Shown here piece by piece: positions 1 to 8,973 of a stretch of 64,000 nucleotides of DNA. Made by a program: the position numbers and the translations under genes. Numbering within the stretch: position 1 is the stretch's first letter; each line of letters starts with the position of its first letter. The DNA is from an uncultured Nitrososphaeraceae archaeon. Lineage in GTDB: Archaea > Thermoproteota > Nitrososphaeria > Nitrososphaerales > Nitrososphaeraceae. The notes under the pieces are model-generated. The model did not search any database and was not told the origin of the DNA. It saw nothing but the letters and a program-made list of their open reading frames with translations. The stretch lies in contig CAVZZA010000003.1 in NCBI GenBank assembly GCA_963779615.1, positions 448,001 to 512,000 of the forward strand. The letters are read 5' to 3'.

Positions 1-283
1 TATACATCCCCAGTTAAACGGACCTTTATTGGCATGTCATGTCAGTTCATAATAGCCTATGAACCAGATTTTGATCCATAGCGATAATCCTCTGGTTTGA
101 TTCACTTCCTGTAAACTTATAGTTTTATGCCATTTTTGCCGCAAACCACACCGGTCCACACTTATAACGGTGCTAAAATACGGTCCAGACGATAATAGAG
201 CAATCGATAATGGATACAACAGGTATGATAGCAGAAATTATGTCTATACAACCACCCATTTCCATACAGTGTTTAATCGACAG

Positions 284-1627
284 TCACAGAATGCTCTTTG
301 GTGGCAACATGTTGCAATCAAGGGTCTCATCCAGCCAATCAAATATCCTTTGGTTTGAGAGAGCAGGGGCTCCGCATTGACAGTGCTCTTCTGCACCTTC
401 CCCCTCTGTAAAGAGGATGTATTTCTTTGAGGAGGATCCTGTTAACCCATCATGCACTTTCTTTGGCTGTCCGGGAAATGAATCATCCTTCTCGGCATCA
501 AGGACCAGGGTTGGGCACTGAATGTTTTTTAAAATGTCTTTTGTTGTATAGTTTTTAGAGCCGATTATAAGGTCATAAGGTGAATTTGTCCCGGTTGTCC
601 ACATCCCATGCAACACGTTAAACCTTACATTTGGATCGGACTCCATGAGGTTTGTTATTGCTGCATTGACAACTTCTGAATTGCCTTCCTCTATCGCCGT
701 TAGTAGCGGTTTGTGGAAACTAGACGCCATAGCCTCATATCCATCATAAACACCATTATAGAGAACACACGCGGATATGCGGTGCTCAAAAGCAGCAGCT
801 CTGGCAGCCAGATAGCCTCCCATGCTTATTCCCATCAATGCAATACGGTCTGCATCAATGCCGTATTCTTCCTTTCTGTTCATAACAAAGTCTATGACGG
901 GAGTCACAACTTTTTCCCAATCCTGTCTGAATGGAATCTTTTGCTTACGTATGACCCCACCTTGACCAGGCCCCTCAAATGTCAGGCAGTTATATCCTCT
1001 TTCTAGCGCTGGAGCAGCAGCAGACGAGTATAGTTCTTCCAAGGTGGAATCAAAACCCCCATGGGCTATCAAAGTTGGACGAGGGTATGAGGACGGAGGA
1101 ATTGATGGTGGTGGCTTGTTATTGTTGTAATCATCATTGTTATTGCCATTATTGGCACTAATGATCGTAGTGTTATTGACTCCACTATCACCATAAACTT
1201 TCGGATGTTGATAAAAATGGCCAGGCAGGGTAGTTGTCCCTTCATATGGTATTTCTATTGGCTCCACAACAAATGGGAAAAGGCGGGCGGCCTTACTAAA
1301 GCATTCTTTGCTGTTTCCCCATGTGGCCTGAATCCTCGAATCCGCCGGATCCATAATCAAAAACTCTGAAACACGGTAGTAGTTTGAGGCTCTAAGGTAT
1401 GCCTCTCGAGCACTTGTGGTATGACCTTCAGATAGACACCTGTCTGCGTAGCTGTGAACCCTTTTGGCTGTATTTAACCATTCTACATGCCAGCTTTCAA
1501 AATCACCCTCCTTGATGCGATAGGCGGTAGAGAGGCATTCACCGATATCGGCTCCCTTATAGTATGTTTCGCTTAGTGCCCTAAGCAGTTGCAAAGAAAA
1601 AGTGGGATCATTAAATACAATTTTCAA
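284..1627 (-). CDS. Alpha/beta hydrolase (2,6-dihydroxypseudooxynicotine hydrolase/FrsA-like)
   Basis: 447 aa. Motifs AYLRASNYY, HGGFDS, FEGPGQG, nucleophile GISMGG and EGAEEHCQ. Carries an Asn/Pro low-complexity insertion. Confidence 0.88.
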   Translation of the reverse strand: MKIVFNDPTFSLQLLRALSETYYKGADIGECLSTAYRIKEGDFESWHVEWLNTAKRVHSYADRCLSEGHTTSAREAYLRASNYYRVSEFLIMDPADSRIQATWGNSKECFSKAARLFPFVVEPIEIPYEGTTTLPGHFYQHPKVYGDSGVNNTTIISANNGNNNDDYNNNKPPPSIPPSSYPRPTLIAHGGFDSTLEELYSSAAAPALERGYNCLTFEGPGQGGVIRKQKIPFRQDWEKVVTPVIDFVMNRKEEYGIDADRIALMGISMGGYLAARAAAFEHRISACVLYNGVYDGYEAMASSFHKPLLTAIEEGNSEVVNAAITNLMESDPNVRFNVLHGMWTTGTNSPYDLIIGSKNYTTKDILKNIQCPTLVLDAEKDDSFPGQPKKVHDGLTGSSSKKYILFTEGEGAEEHCQCGAPALSNQRIFDWLDETLDCNMLPPKSIL

Positions 1628-1786
1628 CCTTGTGGTGTTTATGTTATAACGGCTAAATATAAAGACAATTACAAAATGCTGCTGCCATTTTTTCTAATGC
1701 ATGGCTACTACTACCAATAATAAAGAGGAAGGCCATTCTGGTAATCGTAAAGTCAATGTTAGCAACTCGTTCCGTCTTTTCCCTAA

Positions 1787-2320
1787 GTACATAAACTATA
1801 GATCATGACCTCAATATCCAAGGAAAACTATGAGCTCATAACCTGGCCTTGCAAGGGAACTGCCAAGGCCGCCACGGATCAGATAATAGGCGTTTATACT
1901 GTGGAGTTTCAGGTTCACCCCAACTGAAGTGTGATGATTTACGTTGGATGCAGATACAGGCCTTTTAGGCTCCATCATGAACAGGATGTTTTGGATAGCC
2001 TTTCTTTTCTAGGTAGGGTAGAAGACAAGTTCAGGATTCATTTGTCTGATGTGAGGGATAATATTGTTCTGCCTGTAAGAAAGTGGATTCTAAAAGATTG
2101 TGACGTCAACAAGGATGTAGAGATTGAGGGGTTGCACAGATAAAATTGTCCGACATAGAAATCCCATTGTTTGGCAGTCCTAATGGCTTATGTAAAACCC
2201 ATAGGGGATAAAGTATTTTATCGGGTTGAGCTGGGCCTTGCGCCTAACAAACAAGTACAAGAGGCATTAGAAGAACTGAGAACGGACATAAAAATAGATA
2301 GATATCTTTTCATTAAGTGA
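1787..2320 (+). pseudogene. Degraded Nitrososphaerales hypothetical-family gene
   Basis: One frame from 1787 reads VHKL*IMTS...HPN*SVMIYVG...WILKDCDVNKDVEI. After two frameshifts it reads QIKLSDIEIPLF and AYVKPIGDKVFYRVE...* (2320). It resembles a recurrent thaumarchaeal family, recalled from memory. Confidence 0.6.
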
Positions 2321-2355
2321 ACTATTCTTATATAATCCATTTTTGATTTAGGTTT

Positions 2356-2646
2356 ATGCACAGGTATTTCGATGGCTCTGAAACACCAAAACCAAAAGAC
2401 AATGCATACCAGAGCATAATGCAACGATTAAGCAGCTTTATGGAATGTCTGCCAACAGAAGCAGACAGGCGTCTTTTGTTAAACATGATTTCAGAGTGCT
2501 ACTGCAAATACAATGAGGCCATAAAGTCAAAGGAAAAGGATGACCCAAGCCTGGTTATGCCTTTGGTTATGGCCTTGCTTGTGGATCACCAAGCAATGGT
2601 TGATAAGGTGAAAAACCATAGGAGAAACAATGAAAATCCGCTCTGA
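2356..2646 (+). CDS. Small helical hypothetical protein, resembling the PolB2-operon-associated small protein family
   Basis: 96 aa with the pattern F..CLPTEADRRLL..M.SECY.KY..AI...LVMALLVDHQ.MV. Confidence 0.55.
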   Translation: MHRYFDGSETPKPKDNAYQSIMQRLSSFMECLPTEADRRLLLNMISECYCKYNEAIKSKEKDDPSLVMPLVMALLVDHQAMVDKVKNHRRNNENPL

Positions 2647-3685
2647 CGGGACGACCGACACATCTGGAGGTGAACAAGTGGCAATGGATTCAAATCTCCA
2701 AGTCACCCCAAGTACCCCAAGTACTCGGCCAAGACGGGAACGCGTTGGACTAGTCGTGGATGGGTCCAACGCGGCGGCTGCTGTCAAAACCGTTGTTTCA
2801 GCAGAAGCTGCCGGAGTGCGACAGGTATGGATGGGTCAGCCTCCCTTTTGGCCAGACGTAATGACGACATTTGCTGCGGCGGCGGCAAAAACATCCACAA
2901 TATGCCTGGGAACATCAATCGTGCCAACCTATCCGCGTCACCCTCTCGTCCTTGCTCAGCAGGCTTTAGCTTTACACGATCTCGCACCTGGCCGGTTGCG
3001 CCTTGGAATAGGCCCCAGTCACCGATTTATCATAGAAGGAGCCTACGGCTTGCAACAGATAGCACCCTTAAACCATCTTCGCGAATATGTGCAAGTGCTG
3101 CGTGCGGCGCTCTGGGAGGGGAACGTGGATCATCGAGGGCATTACTATAATGTTGCGGCCACATTGCCCCGCACATCGCAGGTTCCAGTGCTTGTTTCGA
3201 CACTGGGAGAGAAGGCATTCAAGTTAGCAGGGCAAATAGCTGATGGAGCCCTTTCCTGGGCATGCCCTGTTCCGTATTTGCTTCACACGGGAATTCCGGC
3301 ATTGCGCACATCAGCAGATGCGTTTGGACGGGCATCTCCACCATTGGTTGCGCATGTGCCAGTAGCGCTTAGCGATGACCGGAGATTTGTACTGGCTGCG
3401 GGACACCAAATGCTTGACTTCTATGCCCATGTTCCTTTCTATGCCAACATGTTCACCAATGCGGGTTTGCCGATAACATCTGATCATCAGGCGGTGTCTG
3501 ATGATCTTGTGGAGAGTTTGGTTGTCTCAGGAAGTGAGGCAACAGTATCTGCGCGATTTACCGAACTTTTGGCAGCAGGCCTGGATGAGCTAATGGTGTC
3601 CCTGGTGCCCACTGCAGGTGCAGGAGGTGGTGATGATGATGATGATGAACAGGCACGACTCGCGCATTTAATCGGTCGGCTATAA
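2630..3685 (+). CDS. LLM-class (probably F420-dependent) oxidoreductase
   Basis: Motifs LGTSIVPTYPRHP, GRLRLGIGPSH and LAGQIADG. True start may be the ATG at 2683. Confidence 0.92.
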   Translation: MKIRSDGTTDTSGGEQVAMDSNLQVTPSTPSTRPRRERVGLVVDGSNAAAAVKTVVSAEAAGVRQVWMGQPPFWPDVMTTFAAAAAKTSTICLGTSIVPTYPRHPLVLAQQALALHDLAPGRLRLGIGPSHRFIIEGAYGLQQIAPLNHLREYVQVLRAALWEGNVDHRGHYYNVAATLPRTSQVPVLVSTLGEKAFKLAGQIADGALSWACPVPYLLHTGIPALRTSADAFGRASPPLVAHVPVALSDDRRFVLAAGHQMLDFYAHVPFYANMFTNAGLPITSDHQAVSDDLVESLVVSGSEATVSARFTELLAAGLDELMVSLVPTAGAGGGDDDDDEQARLAHLIGRL

Positions 3686-4254
3686 AGTTGCGAATAGTCA
3701 TCACAGTTCAAAACCTTAACTGAAAGGCAGATCTAGCAGAAGGAGGGTGAAGCGCCTCCCTTCGTTATGCCAGGGTGAGGCCAAAAATACCACATGGATT
3801 TTCTTCCACAGGTATTGCAGATATAGCAAATCCAGTGGCTCCCAACCTCTTCTTATTCCGATTTGGATTGTCTGACTTAAGGCACATAATGGAAATCGAG
3901 CAAGGATTATTGTTTGTTCCTGTCTGTGTGTGCCTGTTAGGAAAAGGAGTGGATTGCTGCTAAAGCAGCAGGGACTAAAATGGTTGTTGATCTTTTGAAA
4001 TGGTCTGTTGGGAATGAGCATAGCACCTTATTCTCACGGTGCATGATAAGGCGGCTGTTTTGGAGGCTGCCGCAAATGCAGTCGTTTGGTGGTTTTGACA
4101 TATTCCACCATTAAAATGGAAGGCACCATAACCAGGCTACCTTCAACAGGAAGAATATGCATAGCATGGCAAATTAGAAATTAAAATTATTGCCAATAAA
4201 CCCACCTATTATCTCCAAGTAAAGAAAAATTTTGGACTCGTCCCATCCCTCACA

Positions 4255-6204
4255 TCAGGTTAACTTTTCTACCAGAAATTCTGCGGCTTTCTTTAATGCC
4301 CTTATTTGATTACTATATTTAGTAAAGCCATGCCCTTCGTCTTCAAAAACCATGTAATCCACATCCAACCCCTTGTCACTTAGCTTTTTGACTATTTGAT
4401 CGGATTCGCTTTTTGCTACCCGGGGGTCATTGGCACCCTGTATCACCAACAAGCTAGTTGCCGGGTTAATGTCATCTACAAAAGTAATTGGGGATCTTTC
4501 GTTCAGGAAACGCTCTTCCTTTTCCGGATTGCCTACCAGCTCGAACGTAAAGTTCTTCCAATGCTCTGGAACAGTCTTAAGAAAGGTAACAAGATTGCTT
4601 GGGCCCACTATATCCACCGCAGCCCTCAGGCCATACTGGGGCAGCCTGGTTACACAGCTTAGCGTGGCAAACCCCCCAAAACTGCCGCCAAAAACGCCTA
4701 TTCTTTTAGGATCAACCCAATCCTGGGACAGCAGCCATTTTATTGCGTGTTCAATGTCTTTTAGTTCATTGCCGCCCCAGTCATGGTATATCCTTTTCTC
4801 AAAGCTTTTTCCATAACCAGTACTTCCCCTAAAGTTTGGTGCAACAACCGCCAACCCGTTGTAGGCTAGATACTGATAAAGTCCAGAATAATCATAATAG
4901 GGCCTCTCCTGAGCAGTTGGACCACCATGGATTGACAAGACGGCGCCAAATCTAATGCCGTTTTTTTCAGCTATCTTTTGCAGGCTTGCAGTGGCATCCG
5001 CAGTGGCGAAAGGCTTGTAAAAATAGGCAGAAATCTCCAATGAATCAAAGCTTTTGTATTTCATCAGTTGGGGTTTAATCAGCATGTTCTCGGATAGGTT
5101 GCCAAGCAGAGACGTAGTAACTCTTGTGCAGGGGTATTCTCCGCTCTTGCCTATGTCTACCACATAAACATTGGTTGGAGATGTAGGGCAATCCATCATA
5201 AGGCCTATTCGCGTTCCGTCGGGGGACAGTTTTAACTTCTCAATAACCCCCTCCAAGGAAATGGCGGCGGTGTCTGTAACGAGGGTTAGAGCAACTTCCC
5301 TGACTTTTTGACCCTCCAAGTCCTTGACATACAACTTGCTATAACCGTCCACATTTTCCGTCCATGCAAGCAGCTTTCCATCCAAACCGATATCTATCAA
5401 CTCCACATCGTGCTGGGGAGTCGCTATCCATTCCAGTTGTGATTTGTCAATATGGTAAAATGCAACACCCATAAACTCCCTGTTTAAATCAGATAAAATG
5501 TAAAAGCCATTTCCATTGGGAGACCATGGTCCAACAATAAACCGGCTTTTTTCTTCGCCTAAATCAATTTTTTCCATGCCTCTGCTTTCCAGATCCAGAA
5601 TCCAGATCGAGTAATCTGTAAGAGTAACTAATTGGGAACAGTTTAGTTTTTTGTTGTTTGGAGACCAGTAGCCCGGGATGTACCAGCCTCCTCTATCGGT
5701 AATACAAAAGCTATCGTCGTTGTCGCTTTCCAGATTTCTCACATATACAAGCATATTAGAGGGGTCCTTTTCATTCGAGCCATATGCTATGTGTTTTCCA
5801 TCATGACTAAAACACTCTGATCCCCACTCATACCTAATTTGCGGTTTAAAGGTTATTTGCTCGGGCCAACCATTAAAAACATCCTCTATTTTGTATATCT
5901 GGAAATTTTCATCTCCATTATGGTCTGCAAAAAATATCGCACTGTTATCCGCAGGGGAAGAAAAAACATGTCTTACCGAATTGTCCACAAAATTGGTTAA
6001 GGGATAAGAAGAACACTGCGACTCTTCCAATGCCAAAGCATAACTCTGTCTCCATAAGTTAAACTGTCCATTGGCGTCTGATACACATAACATCCAGGAG
6101 GGGCTCTTAAAGTCAAAATCGATGTACCTTCTGACCGATGCAAACCTTTCGAAAGGATACTGCTTTATCTGTTTGTGTTTCCTGTCCCTGTCGAAATGAA
6201 TCAT
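4255..6204 (-). CDS. S9-family peptidase (acylaminoacyl peptidase/prolyl oligopeptidase)
   Basis: N-terminal beta-propeller, then IHGGP, NFRGSTGYG, GGSFGG (Ser), ANDPRV (Asp) and DEGHGF (His). Confidence 0.95.
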   Translation of the reverse strand: MIHFDRDRKHKQIKQYPFERFASVRRYIDFDFKSPSWMLCVSDANGQFNLWRQSYALALEESQCSSYPLTNFVDNSVRHVFSSPADNSAIFFADHNGDENFQIYKIEDVFNGWPEQITFKPQIRYEWGSECFSHDGKHIAYGSNEKDPSNMLVYVRNLESDNDDSFCITDRGGWYIPGYWSPNNKKLNCSQLVTLTDYSIWILDLESRGMEKIDLGEEKSRFIVGPWSPNGNGFYILSDLNREFMGVAFYHIDKSQLEWIATPQHDVELIDIGLDGKLLAWTENVDGYSKLYVKDLEGQKVREVALTLVTDTAAISLEGVIEKLKLSPDGTRIGLMMDCPTSPTNVYVVDIGKSGEYPCTRVTTSLLGNLSENMLIKPQLMKYKSFDSLEISAYFYKPFATADATASLQKIAEKNGIRFGAVLSIHGGPTAQERPYYDYSGLYQYLAYNGLAVVAPNFRGSTGYGKSFEKRIYHDWGGNELKDIEHAIKWLLSQDWVDPKRIGVFGGSFGGFATLSCVTRLPQYGLRAAVDIVGPSNLVTFLKTVPEHWKNFTFELVGNPEKEERFLNERSPITFVDDINPATSLLVIQGANDPRVAKSESDQIVKKLSDKGLDVDYMVFEDEGHGFTKYSNQIRALKKAAEFLVEKLT

Positions 6205-6290
6205 ATTCTTATTCTAGATGAGGCCAGCAATACATATGTATTCTGCAGATGGCACTCAACTCACTGAACCCATGCCTGCTGCTTCCCCTT

Positions 6291-6575
6291 TCAGCTCTGG
6301 CGATAATGATGATTGTTTACCATAACCACCCTTCTAGCCAGAGTTGAGCATAGGCTAAAGAATCTTACCTACACAGGGGATGGAATTGTTTCTCCTCTGT
6401 CAACTGAACACTCGCAGGCTGTGACTCCAAAAGGGATGCGTGGACATGTACGGCATAACTCAAAAGGCCTGCATTTAATGCAAATGCCTCCCCGTGGAAA
6501 AAACCCTTTTAGCACAGGTAACTGACAGGGGATAAAGCATAGGCGTAGAAAAGTCTTACCGAGCCTATACTCACA
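6291..6575 (+). ncRNA. Candidate structured non-coding RNA, family unknown
   Basis: Stems at 6291-6301/6337-6347, 6393-6402/6523-6532 and 6414-6420/6466-6472 each contain a G-U pair on the + strand. Outer inverted repeat at 6345-6356/6562-6573. Possible pseudoknots at 6429-6435/6504-6510 and 6372-6380/6489-6496. Confidence 0.45.
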
Positions 6576-6701
6576 GCAGTGGAGGACATAAGGGATGACA
6601 TAGACTGACAAGTATGCCTTTGATGAGGAGATGATGGCAGCAGCAAACAATGGTGAAAATGATGATGCAACCTTTGATTTACCAAACAGCATTTAACAAA
6701 G

Positions 6702-7541
6702 TCATGGGTCATTCATAACCATGTTTTTGGCAAACCATTCTGACGAAAGTTTTGCAACTTCCTCAATTATGTTTTCATTATTGTCAAATAAATGGCCTGC
6801 CTCGGGTACAACCACCAAGTCTTTGGATTTTGAACTTGTTAGATGTTGTAGTGCTTGTCTATTCAATTCTATCATCTCTTCAGAATCCTTTGCCCCAACT
6901 ATCAAGAGAGTTGCAGCTTTGACGTTTTTTAGAGCGTTAGAATCGGCCAAGTCAGGTCTTCCGCCTCTTGAGACAATAGAATATATCCTATGAGAAAGAG
7001 AATTCAGATTTGACGCATCATTAGCTACTGCTGATTCGATGGCTGCGGCTGCTCCAGTGCTTCTTCCAAAATAGCCTATTGGCAAACCATTAACTTCAGA
7101 AATGTTTTCTATTACCCATTTGGTTATGGTTGTTAACCTACTTGAGAGAAGATGAATGTTAAATTTGTTTAGTATGCCACACTCTTCCCTATTGTTGTCC
7201 ATGATTTTTTGATTTTTCATATCTGAATTTACTTCATTTGTCGTAAGTAAATCTGTAAGCAAGGTTGCGAATCCATTGTTATTCAATATGCGGGCTACAT
7301 ACCTGTTTCTGATGCTTTTTCTGCTACTGCTGCTACCATGAGAAAATATTATAAGAGATTTCAAGCCTAGGGACGGATAGGGAACAGATAACTCTCCCTG
7401 CAAATATTCATAATCGTTATCAGCATTAGTATTGATAGTAGTGGTAGCGGCAGTAGTGACAGCATCAGAAAGCGGAGGGATATGGAATTTTATCTTTTTA
7501 TACCCAGCATCATCGGTATCATAGGCGATGTCTTTGTTCAT
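6702..7541 (-). CDS. Dienelactone hydrolase-family alpha/beta hydrolase
   Basis: Motifs IIFSHGS, GFATLLTDLLT, GYFGRSTGAAAA, VSRGGRPDLA and AGHLF. Confidence 0.88.
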   Translation of the reverse strand: MNKDIAYDTDDAGYKKIKFHIPPLSDAVTTAATTTINTNADNDYEYLQGELSVPYPSLGLKSLIIFSHGSSSSRKSIRNRYVARILNNNGFATLLTDLLTTNEVNSDMKNQKIMDNNREECGILNKFNIHLLSSRLTTITKWVIENISEVNGLPIGYFGRSTGAAAAIESAVANDASNLNSLSHRIYSIVSRGGRPDLADSNALKNVKAATLLIVGAKDSEEMIELNRQALQHLTSSKSKDLVVVPEAGHLFDNNENIIEEVAKLSSEWFAKNMVMNDP

Positions 7542-7854
7542 TCAGGTTATCACCACACTATATTGATGAATCTGCCTATAATAATGGGTACCTATTGCAT
7601 CTTGGCTTGTTAAATCATTGCAGGATAATCAAGTCCAGCCAAAATTTGGGGTTATGAAGCACATCAGTTCAGAGGGTGAGTGCGTGTTGCATGAGTATTG
7701 TTAATCGTTTTTGTATAAAAAGCGACACTGCCTCTTAATCCAGGGTTTGTTTTTTGCTTGATGCCAGGACAGGTTGTTTTTGTTTTTGACATCTCATGGT
7801 TTCAATTGTTTTTGAAAGGATATCAAAAACAATATGACAAAAAGGGCATATGAA

Positions 7855-8514
7855 TTAGCGAGTATTGTTCAAACTCAAATACTCGCCCAACCCAAATCCC
7901 ATGCATCCACCACGTAATGCCACGTCGATGGGTTCAAGCCCCAGTAACCCAGCAATTTCCACCGCGGCTTTATAATTGCCTTGATTTACTTCATCACAAA
8001 ACAAAGGAATTCGATCTTTCAAATTTGCTGGTGACGGATTGTAATTTTTTTTAGGCTGTTGGGTTTCTGCCGGAACGCCATTACCGTATCCACCACCACC
8101 ATCTGTGTTATTACCTAAATCGGAGATCGTTTTTGGTCCAGGTATAAAAACGTCTTCAGGTGCGTTTTTGGGTCCATTTACTTTCTCAACACAATTGTTT
8201 TTAAAGCATGCTGTAAACTTATCTCCCATCGCTACCCCACCTTCACTGAATTGGAAATTTACAACGCCTTGCCCAATAGAAGTTTTGCATCCAAGGTTTT
8301 CCACGGCAGAGAATGCGCATACTTTCCCCGCACCATCTACATGGACATTTATTTTCAACCCTACTCCAGCCCCATGGATTGTTGGGCTCAAAAGCGGCGG
8401 AGTTATCACCATTGCAAGAAAAACGGATAAAACTGTAAAGAGACCTATTTTATTAGCAATACCACAATTCACCTTATTCATAATAAATTTATAGAAAACC
8501 AATAGTTGAGTCAA
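7855..8514 (-). CDS. Secreted/membrane-anchored hypothetical protein
   Basis: Hydrophobic N-terminal segment followed by a Cys-containing beta-rich domain. Confidence 0.65.
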   Translation of the reverse strand: MTQLLVFYKFIMNKVNCGIANKIGLFTVLSVFLAMVITPPLLSPTIHGAGVGLKINVHVDGAGKVCAFSAVENLGCKTSIGQGVVNFQFSEGGVAMGDKFTACFKNNCVEKVNGPKNAPEDVFIPGPKTISDLGNNTDGGGGYGNGVPAETQQPKKNYNPSPANLKDRIPLFCDEVNQGNYKAAVEIAGLLGLEPIDVALRGGCMGFGLGEYLSLNNTR

Positions 8515-8973
8515 TATAAAAAGATTAAAGCCCTCCCCCCCCTCCTTCTCTGACCCGTAAAATTTTTAATATTGTTTAGTAGGCAAAGGCATATCACCTT
8601 GGTTAGCAGTTGTGTAGTATATGGCCTAGTTGTGTTTTTAAACAAATTGGGGTTGTTTTCACAAACAAGATGGGTGTGTGGTAATCGTTTATTTGATACC
8701 ATTTTTTAAAAAGCAAATGAAGTAAATTTCTACAAATACCTTACGTTAAACATTACCAATGTATTTGCAGAACTCTTAACACAACCCATCCTAAACACGA
8801 TTTCCGAACTATGACCTTTCAAGATCCATCATGGTGACATAACCCGTAAAGAAACTGCATTATCTGCCTATTGATGCATCCCCTGCAATGAAAAAGATTT
8901 TGCTTGTCATTTTCTTTATGGAGACCTATAGACAATATGATACGCATGCCTAACTCTCCCTCCTTTTGAAAAC

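Noticed and set aside
3716-4021. Short ORFs and a possible zinc-ribbon fragment (WICYICNTCG) on the minus strand
   Set aside because: Interrupted by a stop and too short to support a call.
6313-6712. Short ORFs 6313-6525, 6369-6692 and 6509-6712
   Set aside because: No recognisable motifs and mutually overlapping. The base-pairing pattern explains the region better.
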